Shown: piece after piece, positions 1-9,837 of the stretch
How positions within the stretch are numbered: position 1 is the stretch's first letter
Layout: each line of letters begins with the position of its first letter
Notes under the pieces: generated by a model
What the model was told of the DNA's origin: nothing
Databases searched by the model: none
What the model saw: only the letters and a program-made list of their open reading frames with translations
Made by a program: the position numbers and the translations under genes
DNA from: an uncultured Actinomycetes bacterium
GTDB taxonomy: Bacteria; Actinomycetota; Thermoleophilia; RBG-16-64-13
DNA length: 64,000 nucleotides
Reading direction: 5' to 3'
Assembly: GCA_963841735.1 (NCBI GenBank)
Contig: CAWJDT010000001.1
Location: 1,664,001 to 1,728,000 of the forward strand

Positions 1-1324
1 CGGCATCGGCCAAGGTGAGCGACCCGGCCAGGCAGTCGACCATCCCTATCAGCAGCGTGCAGTAGATCTCGGGGCCGCTTCTCTCGCTCAGGAGCACTTT
101 GTTCAGTGACTCCATTGTCTCCTCCAGGGGGATGCCGGCGGTGGCGAGGGCCCTCCATCCGGCGCGGAGAGCGGCGCCCAACGCGGCCGCATCCGGTCCG
201 TGCCCGGTGACGTCGCCGATGGCAAAGCCGAGCCTCTTGTCGGGAAGCACCATGTAGTCCACAAAATCGCCACCCACCCCCAACCTGCTTTCACCACTGC
301 GGTAGGCGATGTGGACTTCCATCCAGGGATGCAGCTCGTGTGACCGGGAGAGCAGACTCTTCTCTAGATGTTTGTGCAGCGATTCGGCCTCGGAGTGTTC
401 GAGCGCTACCGCGGCCTGGTCCGCGAAGCGACGGGCCAGAGCAAGACCTACGGGGTCCATGGAGCTTTTCGCCTCGTCCCAGCCGAGGACCAACAGGTAG
501 GCGGAAGTGGGCGTGAGGTGGATGGGGATGCGGAGCAGCGAGCGCAGGCCGAGGTGGCGCCCAAGCTCCAGCTGGTCTTCCGGCCAGTCTTCGGTGAGAA
601 GATCGCCGGTGAAGCCGGGGGCTCCCGACATCATCACCTGTTGCAGCCCAGGGAGGTTCATGAGATCGGTGGTCCATCCCGGTCTGAGCTGTGGGTCGGG
701 GGGCTCACGGTGCATCAAGGTGACGTTTCCCCAGTCACATCGGTAGAGCGAAGCCGAGCGGGCGGCAAAAGTCTCGCGGGCCGCTGCGCAGACGGCCTTG
801 ACCATCTCCTCCCTTGTCTCGAAGCGCTGGAAGATCGGGCCCAGTGCAAGGATGTGCTCGATGGCTTTGTTTGTCCGCTCGGAGTCGGCCAGGGCCTTCG
901 AAAGCAGAAGCTCTCGGGCGGTCGCCCGCCGGCGGACGGCTTTGCCCGCCATACCAGCGACAACGGCCGCCAGAGTCCATAGAGCGATGGCGGCGATTAT
1001 CGCGATAGGGTCGACCGGATCTCCCCGTCTGGCGACTAAGGCCATAAATGCGGCGCCGCCGGTCAGAGCCACCCCAGCTCCGGCCCAGGGACCAGTGACC
1101 GCGGCCGCCACAACGGCGAAAAGGGCGGCGGCTGCACCAGGAATCCCCAAATAGCGGTGCGGATGCTCTAGGAGGCGAACCCCGTAGAAGAGGATGACCT
1201 CGGCGACAATACCCCCCAGCAGAACCGCCCACGCTCGACGGGGGATGAGGAACAGCCTAGTCACCAGCCCCGCTGACGAGCCCTCATCTGCCGCGGGCCG
1301 TTTCTCCTCAGACGAAGGGCTCAT
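1..1324 (-). CDS. Membrane-anchored GAF + PP2C (SpoIIE/RsbU-like) phosphatase, runs off the left edge
   Basis: Not in the ORF track because there is no stop in the window. Manual translation from ATG 1324 is open to base 1: hydrophobic N-terminal segments, a GAF-like region ending ARRFADQAAVALE, then PP2C motifs GGDFVD and IGDVTGHG. Confidence 0.85.
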   Translation of the reverse strand, partial: MSPSSEEKRPAADEGSSAGLVTRLFLIPRRAWAVLLGGIVAEVILFYGVRLLEHPHRYLGIPGAAAALFAVVAAAVTGPWAGAGVALTGGAAFMALVARRGDPVDPIAIIAAIALWTLAAVVAGMAGKAVRRRATARELLLSKALADSERTNKAIEHILALGPIFQRFETREEMVKAVCAAARETFAARSASLYRCDWGNVTLMHREPPDPQLRPGWTTDLMNLPGLQQVMMSGAPGFTGDLLTEDWPEDQLELGRHLGLRSLLRIPIHLTPTSAYLLVLGWDEAKSSMDPVGLALARRFADQAAVALEHSEAESLHKHLEKSLLSRSHELHPWMEVHIAYRSGESRLGVGGDFVDYMVLPDKRLGFAIGDVTGHGPDAAALGAALRAGWRALATAGIPLEETMESLNKVLLSERSGPEIYCTLLIGMVDCLAGSLTLADA

Positions 1325-1733
1325 GGGGGGCCTGAGCCGGGTCGGCGGCCGCAAGCGCCGCCGCCGCGGCGGCGGCGCTAGGGAACACGCGGAAACTGGG
1401 TTGATCTAGCAGGCCCGTGGCTTCCAGCAGCCGAGTGATCCCCTGATTCGCGCCGACCACGGCCAGCCACCCCGGATCGGAGAATCTGCTCATCAGGCTG
1501 AACATGATCGAGAGGCCGCCGCTGTCGATGAACAAGAGCTCGCTGAGGTCTAGGATCAGCGCCGTTGGGTGGGACGTCAACTCCCGATCGATCACGGAGC
1601 GCAGCTGCTCCGCGGAGTCATGGCCCAGTTCACCTTTGACATAGATCAGGGGGACTCCAAGCCGGTAGGAAACTTGAGAATCGAGCACGGGCTCTGTGCT
1701 CCTGACGCGGGGAGATCTGTTGGAGTGGGTCAT
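1308..1733 (-). CDS. STAS-domain anti-sigma factor antagonist (RsbV-like)
   Basis: VKGELG...LILDLSELLFIDSGGL with the phosphoacceptor Ser; RBS AAGGAGG upstream; overlaps the PP2C start. Confidence 0.85.
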   Translation of the reverse strand: MTHSNRSPRVRSTEPVLDSQVSYRLGVPLIYVKGELGHDSAEQLRSVIDRELTSHPTALILDLSELLFIDSGGLSIMFSLMSRFSDPGWLAVVGANQGITRLLEATGLLDQPSFRVFPSAAAAAAALAAADPAQAPHEPFV

Positions 1734-1768
1734 GTGCCTTCCTCCTTCTGCATCTAGGCAGGGCGATA

Positions 1769-1794
1769 GTACCCGTGCGTCGCATGTTTTACTC
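1769..1794 (-). promoter_or_regulatory. Possible SigB-like promoter (GAGT-N16-GGGTAC) for the STAS-PP2C operon
   Basis: The minus strand has GGGTAC at 1774-1769 and GAGT 16 nt upstream, which fits the loose Streptomyces SigB consensus. The -35 match is weak. Confidence 0.35.
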
Positions 1795-1890
1795 CACTTA
1801 TGTCAAGTATCGACGGGTGCGAACGCGGTGCGTATGCGTGCGCGAACAGGTATGCTGAATGGTGTCGGCCGCGTGCAGAAAGGGGGAACA

Positions 1891-2334
1891 GTGGGAGTCA
1901 TCGTTGTAGGTGTGGATGGGTCGCAGGGTGCTGCTTATGCTCTCGATTTCGCCATCAAGGAAGCCGCCATACGCGGAGCCAAGCTGAGGCTGATAAGCGC
2001 TTGGGAGATCCCACCCTCGGTGCTGGCCAGTGTGGTCGCCAGCAAGGAGTTCTACGAGGAGTTCCTGGAGAACGCCGTCAGCGTGGTCAGAGAGGCCGCT
2101 GCGCGGGTGGCCGAGCTCGAGCCCGCGTTAGAGCACGAGGAGATCGTAGTCGAGGGTCAGGCCGCCAAGGCTCTCCTCGCCAACGCCGAGGGCGCCGAAC
2201 TCCTTGTGGTCGGCAGGCGGGGGCACGGATCCTTCAGAGAGATGCTCTTGGGATCCATCAGCCGGCAGGTGGTCGTGCACGCCAAGTGCCCGCTCGTCAT
2301 CGTGCCTTTCCCGACGCAAGAGCAAGCAGACTAG
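1891..2334 (+). CDS. Universal stress protein (UspA family)
   Basis: IVVGVDGS...LLVVGRRGHG...LLGSISRQVVVHAKCPLVIV; GTG start at 1891 after an AGGGGG RBS. Confidence 0.92.
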   Translation: MGVIVVGVDGSQGAAYALDFAIKEAAIRGAKLRLISAWEIPPSVLASVVASKEFYEEFLENAVSVVREAAARVAELEPALEHEEIVVEGQAAKALLANAEGAELLVVGRRGHGSFREMLLGSISRQVVVHAKCPLVIVPFPTQEQAD

Positions 2335-2346
2335 ATAACGGAGCGT

Positions 2347-3159
2347 GTGATGTTCTACCCAGTCGAGTTGGAACTGAACGATAAACCCCGTCTGCAGCAG
2401 GGGCTGCTGGTCCTCAACCCGGCGGAGTCGAAGCGGCTCATCGCGAAAGCGGTAGCCGCATTGCCTGAAGTGCAGTGGGCCTATGCCAACGCCCGCTTGG
2501 CGGTCACCAATGGAACCACCGACGCCTATGTGCTGGAAGAACTGACCGGAGAGAGCTTGCCTCCCTACCGCTTTTCCATAGGCATGGTGGCAGACGGCGT
2601 CTTGACCATGAGCGCCGCGGAGGACAGGGTGGGCTCCAAGTTCTTTGTCAAGGGTGAACTCGTGAAGATGGAGTCGCGCGACTTCATGAAGGAATTGCAG
2701 AAGGGCGACGTGGTCATCAAGGGCGGCAACGCCGTGGACGAGCAGGGCAATGCCGGCGTGTTGGTGGGCAACGAGACGGGCGGGACCATCGGTGCCGTGT
2801 TCGGCATAGCCTGCGTGCGAGGCATCCCCATTATCATGCCCATCGGTTTGGAGAAGCTCATCCCGTCGGTGCCCGCGGCGGCCGCCGGCTGGGGACAGCT
2901 GACGCTCACCTACGCCATGGGGCTCCCCTGTTGGCTCACTCCGGTGAGCACCGGGCTGGTTGTAACCGAGATCCAGGCCCTTGGCTTGCTGGCCGGGGTC
3001 AGGGCCCGGCTGGTGGCGGCGGGCGGCGTGGGAGGCAGTGAGGGCGCGATCGTGTTGCTGGTCGAAGGCTACGAGGACCATTTGGGCCAAGCCATCGATT
3101 TGGTGAAGAACCTGAAAGGGGAACCCCGCGCGGAGGTCCCCCGCCACCATCTGAGCTGA
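2347..3159 (+). CDS. Hypothetical protein, alpha/beta enzyme-like
   Basis: 270-aa ORF with host-like codon usage; motifs GTTDAY, IKGGNAVD, GGTIG, PIGLEK. Function not recognised. Confidence 0.7.
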   Translation: MMFYPVELELNDKPRLQQGLLVLNPAESKRLIAKAVAALPEVQWAYANARLAVTNGTTDAYVLEELTGESLPPYRFSIGMVADGVLTMSAAEDRVGSKFFVKGELVKMESRDFMKELQKGDVVIKGGNAVDEQGNAGVLVGNETGGTIGAVFGIACVRGIPIIMPIGLEKLIPSVPAAAAGWGQLTLTYAMGLPCWLTPVSTGLVVTEIQALGLLAGVRARLVAAGGVGGSEGAIVLLVEGYEDHLGQAIDLVKNLKGEPRAEVPRHHLS

Positions 3160-3291
3160 CGGATCTGCCGTCCTTCTCACACAGCCATTCAAGGACATGC
3201 TGCTTTTGTCCGATTAGCTTCTCCGCAACGTGTTCAGACAAAGCCGGGGCCTGCGCGGAGAAGCGGGACCCGGGGAAGGTAGGAAGCGGCA

Positions 3292-6200
3292 ATGGCGGAC
3301 CATCAGGAAGAACAACTGCTCGAAGCAGTGAGCAGGGTGCTTCTGGACAATACGCTCCAGGGCATAGTTGTGTTCTCGCCGGACGGGCCCTGCCTGTGGG
3401 CGAACGGGTTGGCGGCGAGTATGTCCGGGATCCCGGCGGCAGAGTTGCAGAAGCAGACCCTGTCGGGCGCCCTCTGGGGCGAGGGGTTGGGGGAGGACGC
3501 CCACGAGGCTATGGCCACCGGCAAGCCGGTGCGCAGAGAGGTCAAGCTCTCTCGTTCAGAGCATACGGGGTCGACCAAACGCGTTGTCATGGGAGCGGAG
3601 CTTCTGGGCCAAACGAGTGTCGTGATGCTGATCGAAGACCGCACGGTCGAGCGCCAGCAGATGGATGAAGCGATGCGGTTCACCCAGTACTCTGTGGACC
3701 ACGCCGGGGCGAACATCTTCTGGCTCGATGATGCCGGCAGAGTGGTCTACGCGAGCCAGGCCACTTGTGAACGCCTCGGCTACACGCGCGAAGAGATACT
3801 CAGCCTGACCATCCATGACCTCGATCCCGCGGCGCCCAAGCCGTGGGCCGAGCACTGGGCGACGGTCAGAGAGCGGGGGAGCCGCACCTTTGAGGCCGTT
3901 CACCGAGCGAAAGACGGTACGGCCGTACCCGTGGAGGTAGACACCAACTTCGTCGTCTACGGGGGCAAGGAGTATCACTTCTCGTTCGCCCGCGACATCA
4001 GCGAGCGCAAGAACATGGAGGAGTCGTTGCGTCTTGCGAAGTTCTCCTTGGACCGGGCCGGAGGTATGGTCTTCTGGTTTGATTCCACGGGGCGCTTCAT
4101 AGATGTGAGCGACGCCACCTGCGAGACGTTGGGCTATTCGCGCGAAGAGATGCTGGGTATGACCATCAACGACCTAGACCCCACTCTGCGCAAGGATTGG
4201 GACACGGACTGGGAAGCGCTGAAGACAGCGGGATCGCAGGTGCACGAGGGTATGCATCGGCGGAAAGACGGCAAGCTCATCCCGGTGGAGGTCAGCTCCA
4301 GCTTCGTCGGAGTACGAGGGCAAGGAATACGACTTCTGTTTTGCGCGCGACATCACCGAGCGCAAACGCATGGAGAAGAAGGTGCGGCTGACCCAGTTCT
4401 CGGTGGACCACTCCGGGAGCCAGATCTTCTGGGTCGGTCCGGACGGCATCCTGACCTATGCCAACGAGACGACGTGCCAGCAACTGGGCTACACCCGCGA
4501 TGAGATGCTCTGCATGAGCATCTACGACATCGATCCCAATGCCCCGAAGCCTTGGGGCGAACACTGGGAGGAGATCAAGCAGCAGGGGAGCGGACCTTCG
4601 AGACGACCCACCGGACGAAAGAGGGCAAGATCATCCCGGTGGAAGTGCAGGCGCCAGCATCGTCTAGTCCACGAGGGCAAGGAGTACAACTTCGTCTCGG
4701 CCACGGACATCACCCAGCGCAAGCGCATGGAGAAGAAGTTCCGGCTGACTCAGTATTCGGTGGACCATGCTTCGGGCCAGGTCTTCTGGGTCGGGCCCGA
4801 CGGCATTCTGACCTACGCCAGCGAATCCACCTGCAAGGCGCTTGGATACACCCGCGACGAGATGCTCTGCATGAGCATCTACGACATCGATCCGCAGGCC
4901 CCCCGGCCTTGGGCCGATCACTGGAAGGAGCTCAAGGACCAGGGGGCGATGCACCTTTGAGACGAACCACTTCACCAAGGACGGAGTCTCGATCCCTGTC
5001 GAGGTCAACGCCAGCTTCGTGGAGTACGAAGGCCACGAGTACAACTTCGTCTTTGCCCGCGACATCAGCAATCGCAAGAGGCTGGAGCAATCGCTGCGTT
5101 TGACCCAGATGTCGGTGAACCGGGCCGCGGAGCAGATCTTCTGGACCACACCGGACGGGCGGTTCGTTTTCGTCAACGACTCCACCTGCTCTCAGTTGGG
5201 CTACTCGCGCGAGGAGATGCTGGGCGGCATGACCGTCTACGACGTCGATCCCACGCTGCCCAGGGACTGGACCGGAGCCTGGGACGAGCTCAAGCTGCGA
5301 GGGCGCGGTCACACACCAGACCGTTCACAGGACCAAAGACGGCAGGGACGTGCCGATGGAGGTCAGCTCCAACTACGTGGAGTACGACGGCCAGGAGTAC
5401 AACTTCGTCTTTGCCCGCGATATCACCGAGCCGCCAGGCCATGGAGGAGTCGCTGCGGCTGACTCAGATCTCGGTGGACCGGGCCAGCGACCAGATCTTC
5501 TGGATCAGGCCCGACGGCAGATTCGTCTTTGTCAGCGATTCCACCTGCCGGCAGCTGGGCTACACGCGCGAGGAACTCCTGGAGATGAGCATCTACGATA
5601 TCGATCCCATGGCGCCCGTGCCTTTCACGAAGGGCTGGGAGTGCTCTCAAAGAGTCGGGGTCGAGGGTGCACGAAGGGGTGCATCGGGCCAAGGACGGGC
5701 GGCAGGTGCCCGTTGAGATCGCGGCCAACTACGTCGAATACAATGGCCACGAGTTCGCCTTCGTCTTCGCGCGGGACATCGCCGATCGCAAGAAGGCCGA
5801 GGCCGGAGATGCGCATGGCCAAGGACAAGGCCGAGGCTGCCAACCGGGAGCTGGAACACTCCATCAAGCGGACCAACCAGCTGGCGGTGGAAGCGCAGGC
5901 GGCCAGCGAAGCCAAGAGTGCTTTCTTGGCCAACATGAGTCACGAGATCCGCACGCCTATGAACGGCGTTATCGGGATGGTCGATCTGCTGATGGATACC
6001 GAGCTCAACGTCGAGCAGCGTGACTACGCCGAGACCATCCAGTCAAGCGCCGAGGCGCTGCTTACCGTCATCGGTGACATCCTTGACTTCTCCAAGGTCG
6101 AGGCCAAGAAGATGGAGTTCGAGAACATCGACTTCGATCTGCGATTGACTCTCGAGGACATGATGGCTTTGCTTGCCATCAAGTCACACGAGAAGGGCAT

Positions 6201-7896
6201 CGAGCTGGCCGTGCTGGTCGAGCCCGACGTGCCCTCGTCGTTGCGGGGCGACCCCGGTCGTTTGCGCCAGGTGTTGACCAACTTGGTGGGCAACGCCATC
6301 AAGTTCACCGACGATGGTGAAGTAGACGTTCACGTGGTGTTGGAATCGGAGGACGCCAACGGAGCGGTGATGAGGTTCGTGTGCCGCGACACAGGGGTGG
6401 GTATTCCCGGCCCGGTGCTCGAGCAGCTCTTCAACCCGTTCGCCCAGGCCGACGCTTCGACCACCCGACGGCACGGCGGGACGGGGCTGGGTCTTTCTAT
6501 TGCGAAGGGTCTTGTCGAGGCCATGGGTGGCACGCTTGGCGCCGAGAGTACAGTGGGAGTGGGTTCCAGGTTCTGGTTCACGCTGCCGCTGCGCAAAGGC
6601 GTGCACGTGCCCAACGAACTCGACCGGCTCGAGCTGGGCAACGTGGCCGGCGTGCGGGTGCTCGGAGTGGACGACAGCGAAACCAACCGCAAGGTCATGG
6701 CGGGCATGCTCGACTCTTGGGGATGTCGTCACACTGAGGTCCCCAGCGCAAAGGCGGCGCTGGTGGCGCTCCGGGCGGCGGTGGCCGAGGGCGACCCGTA
6801 CAAGGTGGCCGTTCTCGACATGTGCATGCCCGAGATGGACGGCGAGGAACTGGCCCAAGAGATCAAAGCCGATCCGGAGCTGGCGGTGACCGGCCTGGTA
6901 ATGATGACGTCGGTGGGAGCACGTGGCGACGCGGCCCGCATGGAGAAGGTCGGGTTTGCGGCCTATCTGGTGAAGCCCGTGCGACAGTCGCACTTCTATG
7001 ACTGTCTGGCGGCGGTGGTCGGTCCTGGCAACAAACCGGCGGGGAGGGGCGAGGGAGCAGCGCCATCGGGCCGGATCATCACCCGGCACAGTTTGGCCGA
7101 GCGGGCCCGCAGGCGGGCACGCATACTTCTTGCCGAGGACAACCCTGTCAACCAGAAGGTGGCCCTCAAGGCCTTGGAGAAACTCGGCTACCAGGCCGAC
7201 GTGGCCCATGACGGCGCCCAAGCTCTGCAGGCTACCCGCGACAAGCGCTATGACCTGGTACTCATGGACGTGCAGATGCCCGTCATGGACGGCATGGAAG
7301 CCACCAGGCACATCAGGGACCCCCAATCGGGCACGCTCAATCCGGCTGTGATCATCGTGGCGTTGACCGCGCACGCTATGACAGGCGACAAGGAGCGATG
7401 CCTCAACATGGGCATGGATGATTACCTCGCCAAACCCATCAAGGCGGCTGAGTTGCAGGAAATGATCGGCAAGTGGTTGGCTGCCGGCACGATGGGTATG
7501 GAGTCGGAGCCCATGCCAGAGGTACTGGCGGTGTCTGAAACCCCCGCGCCGCCGGTCTTCGACGAGAAGGTGTTGCTCAATCTGCTTGAGGGCGACCGGG
7601 AATCGGCCATGGAGATAGTCAGCCAGTTCCAGGAGGACGTGGTCGGCCAGGTAGTCCGCCTGCGGGAGGCGATAGAAGCCGGTGACGCGATCGTCATCAA
7701 AGAACGGGCGCACACTCTCAAAGGCTCAGCAGCTAGTGTGGGCGCGGAAGCTCTGCGGTTCTGCGCGGCCGATCTGGAGAAGCTGGGAACAGGCGGCAGT
7801 CCGGAGGAGCCCGAGAAGGCAGGGGCTCTCGCCGAGCTCGATCACCAGATGAACCTCCTTCTTGCCCTAGCGGAAGAGAAGGGTGGCTTGATGTGA
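3292..7896 (+). CDS. Multi-PAS hybrid histidine kinase (about 7 PAS-HisKA-HATPase-REC-REC-HPt), split by frameshifts
   Basis: Repeated PAS modules across ORFs 3292, 4370, 5019, 5411 and 5667; H-box [11 protein letters not shown]; N/G boxes [10 protein letters not shown] and GGTGLGL; two REC domains ([20 protein letters not shown]); HPt AHTLKG. Confidence 0.9.
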
Positions 7897-8858
7897 GAGC
7901 TCTAGTCGCAGACGACGACGCCGCGTCACGCCTTCTCTTGCAGAAGGTTCTGACCAAGTGGGGCTACGATGTGGTCACGGCCTCGAGCGGTGAGGAGGCA
8001 TGGAAGATTCTCACGAGCGACGATCCACCTGACCTTGCCGTGCTCGACTGGATGATGCCGGAACTGGACGGAGTAGAGGTCTGCCGACGCATGCGGGCGC
8101 TCGAACTGTCCAGCCCGCCGTACCTGCTTCTCTTGACCTCTCGCGGTGAAAAGCATGACATCGCAACCGGACTGGAATCGGGAGCTTCTGACTACGTGCA
8201 GAAGCCCTTCGACCACGATGAGCTGCGGGCTCGCCTGTTGGTAGGCAGAAGGTTCGCTGAGCTGAACCGCATGCTCCTCGAGACCCAGAGTGAACTGCGG
8301 AGACAAGCGCTGACCGATCCGCTCACGCACATCATGAATCGGAGGGCCATACTGGCTCGCTTGACAGAGGAAATGGCCCGCGCTCCGCGGCAGGGTCTGC
8401 CCCTGAGCATAGGTGTGCTGGACATCGACAACTTCAAGTCGGTGAACGACAGGTTCGGCCACGCCGGAGGAGACGCCATCCTGCAGTCCGTGGTCGCCAG
8501 GAGCCTCAAGGCCCTGCGCCCTTATGATGCCATCGGGCGCATAGGGGGAGAGGAATTTCTCATCGTCATGCCCGGGGTCGGCCCGCGCGATACTGAGATC
8601 GTCTTAGAGAGGCTGAGGCGGGCCGTCGGCGCCACCCCCATGCCGGCCCAAGGCCACGAGATTACCGTCACCGTTAGCATCGGCGGATCGGTGTGCCGGG
8701 GCGAAGGTATCGATGAGTTGCTCACTAACGCCGACGACGCCCTGTATCGGGCGAAAGACCAAGGGCGCGACAGGGTGGTGATGTCTCGCAAGGTGGAGGA
8801 GATCGAGGCAGAGATGGCGGGGACGAGTTGCGCCGCCGGGCTGGCCACTATTCCCTAG
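7893..8858 (+). CDS. Response regulator diguanylate cyclase (REC-GGDEF)
   Basis: [13 protein letters not shown]; [20 protein letters not shown]-site, GGEEF; start overlaps the kinase stop. Confidence 0.93.
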   Translation: MRALVADDDAASRLLLQKVLTKWGYDVVTASSGEEAWKILTSDDPPDLAVLDWMMPELDGVEVCRRMRALELSSPPYLLLLTSRGEKHDIATGLESGASDYVQKPFDHDELRARLLVGRRFAELNRMLLETQSELRRQALTDPLTHIMNRRAILARLTEEMARAPRQGLPLSIGVLDIDNFKSVNDRFGHAGGDAILQSVVARSLKALRPYDAIGRIGGEEFLIVMPGVGPRDTEIVLERLRRAVGATPMPAQGHEITVTVSIGGSVCRGEGIDELLTNADDALYRAKDQGRDRVVMSRKVEEIEAEMAGTSCAAGLATIP

Positions 8859-8940
8859 AGGGCGGTCGCAGGAGGCGGGACTGCGGCCCCTTTCGGCTCC
8901 GGCGGTCCGGTCTCATGTTCCCAGCTGGATAGACCACGGC

Positions 8941-8973
8941 GGAGCGCCGGCCCTCGGGCCGGCGCTCCTTTCT
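8941..8973 (+). terminator. Intrinsic terminator
   Basis: GGAGCGCCGGCCC-TC-GGGCCGGCGCTCC followed by TTTCT. Confidence 0.75.
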
Positions 8974-9051
8974 GTACCCCGGATGCGGCCGTCTCCTCAC
9001 CGCCGGGCACCTAAGGGCGCCTGGTGGACTGGGCAAGTTAGGCGGCATGTA

Positions 9052-9070
9052 CTAAAATAGGCTCACCTAA
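9052..9070 (+). promoter_or_regulatory. DtxR/IdeR-type operator overlapping a -10 box (TAAAAT)
   Basis: CTAAAATAGGCTCACCTAA matches TTAGGTTAGGCTAACCTAA at 14/19 positions; lies directly upstream of a DtxR-family gene and feoAB. Confidence 0.6.
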
Positions 9071-9096
9071 TAAACGGCAGAAATGCGGGCACCAGG

Positions 9097-9555
9097 ATGA
9101 ACCAGCAGGCACCCGGCGGCGGAAACGAGGTCCTCAGCGCCAGCCTTGAGGACTACGTAGAGGCCATCCTTGGTTTGGAGCGGGTCTCCCGCGTGGCTCG
9201 GGTTAGTGAGATCGCCGAGAGGCTGAGCGTTTCGCGTCCCTCGGTGACCGGTGCCTTGAAGATACTGGCGGCCCGCGGACTGGTTTCGCACGCGCGCTAC
9301 GGGCATGTGACCCTGACGGAAGAGGGCGCCCGTGTGGCGGGCGAAGTGGAGCGGCGCCACGTGCTGATTCGGGACTTTCTCACGGGCGTGTTGGGCATAC
9401 CGTTGGACAAGGCCGAGACCACTGCCTGTCGGCTGGAGCACGTGCTGGAAGCGGACGTGCTGGTCCATTTCGCTTCGTATTCGGAGCGGATGGCGGCTGG
9501 GACCGTGCTGGGCGCGGCGGTTGCTGTGGATGACGGTCAAGGTGGTAGGGCGTGA
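9097..9555 (+). CDS. DtxR/MntR-family metal-dependent repressor
   Basis: SLEDYVEAI, HTH IAERLSVSRPSVT, RRHVLIRDFL, ACRLEH. Confidence 0.92.
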   Translation: MNQQAPGGGNEVLSASLEDYVEAILGLERVSRVARVSEIAERLSVSRPSVTGALKILAARGLVSHARYGHVTLTEEGARVAGEVERRHVLIRDFLTGVLGIPLDKAETTACRLEHVLEADVLVHFASYSERMAAGTVLGAAVAVDDGQGGRA

Positions 9556-9837
9556 CCACGCTTTCGCAACTTCCTTCATGCTCGCGGGCTGTGGTTGTCG
9601 CCCTGCCTCGTTTCCGAGGCCTGGCTGAGCGGCTGATCTCGATGGGTCTCACCCCGGGGGCAGAGTTGCGCGTTGCTGCAGAACCGGGGCCGGGGGCCAC
9701 TGATCATCGAAGTGCACGGGGTGCGGCTTGCTTTGGGGAGGTTGCAGGCCGCGCGAGTGAGTGTGGTGCACCTTGAGGCGAGCGGCGCGGCATGTGAGGA
9801 GCCGGAGGGCGTGGGCGGGAATCCGGAGAGAACGTAA
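9552..9837 (+). CDS. feoA: Ferrous iron transport protein A (one frameshift near 9673)
   Basis: RLISMGLTPGAELRV, then in the +1 frame LQNRGRGPLIIEVHGVRLALGR to a TAA overlapping the feoB ATG. Confidence 0.85.
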
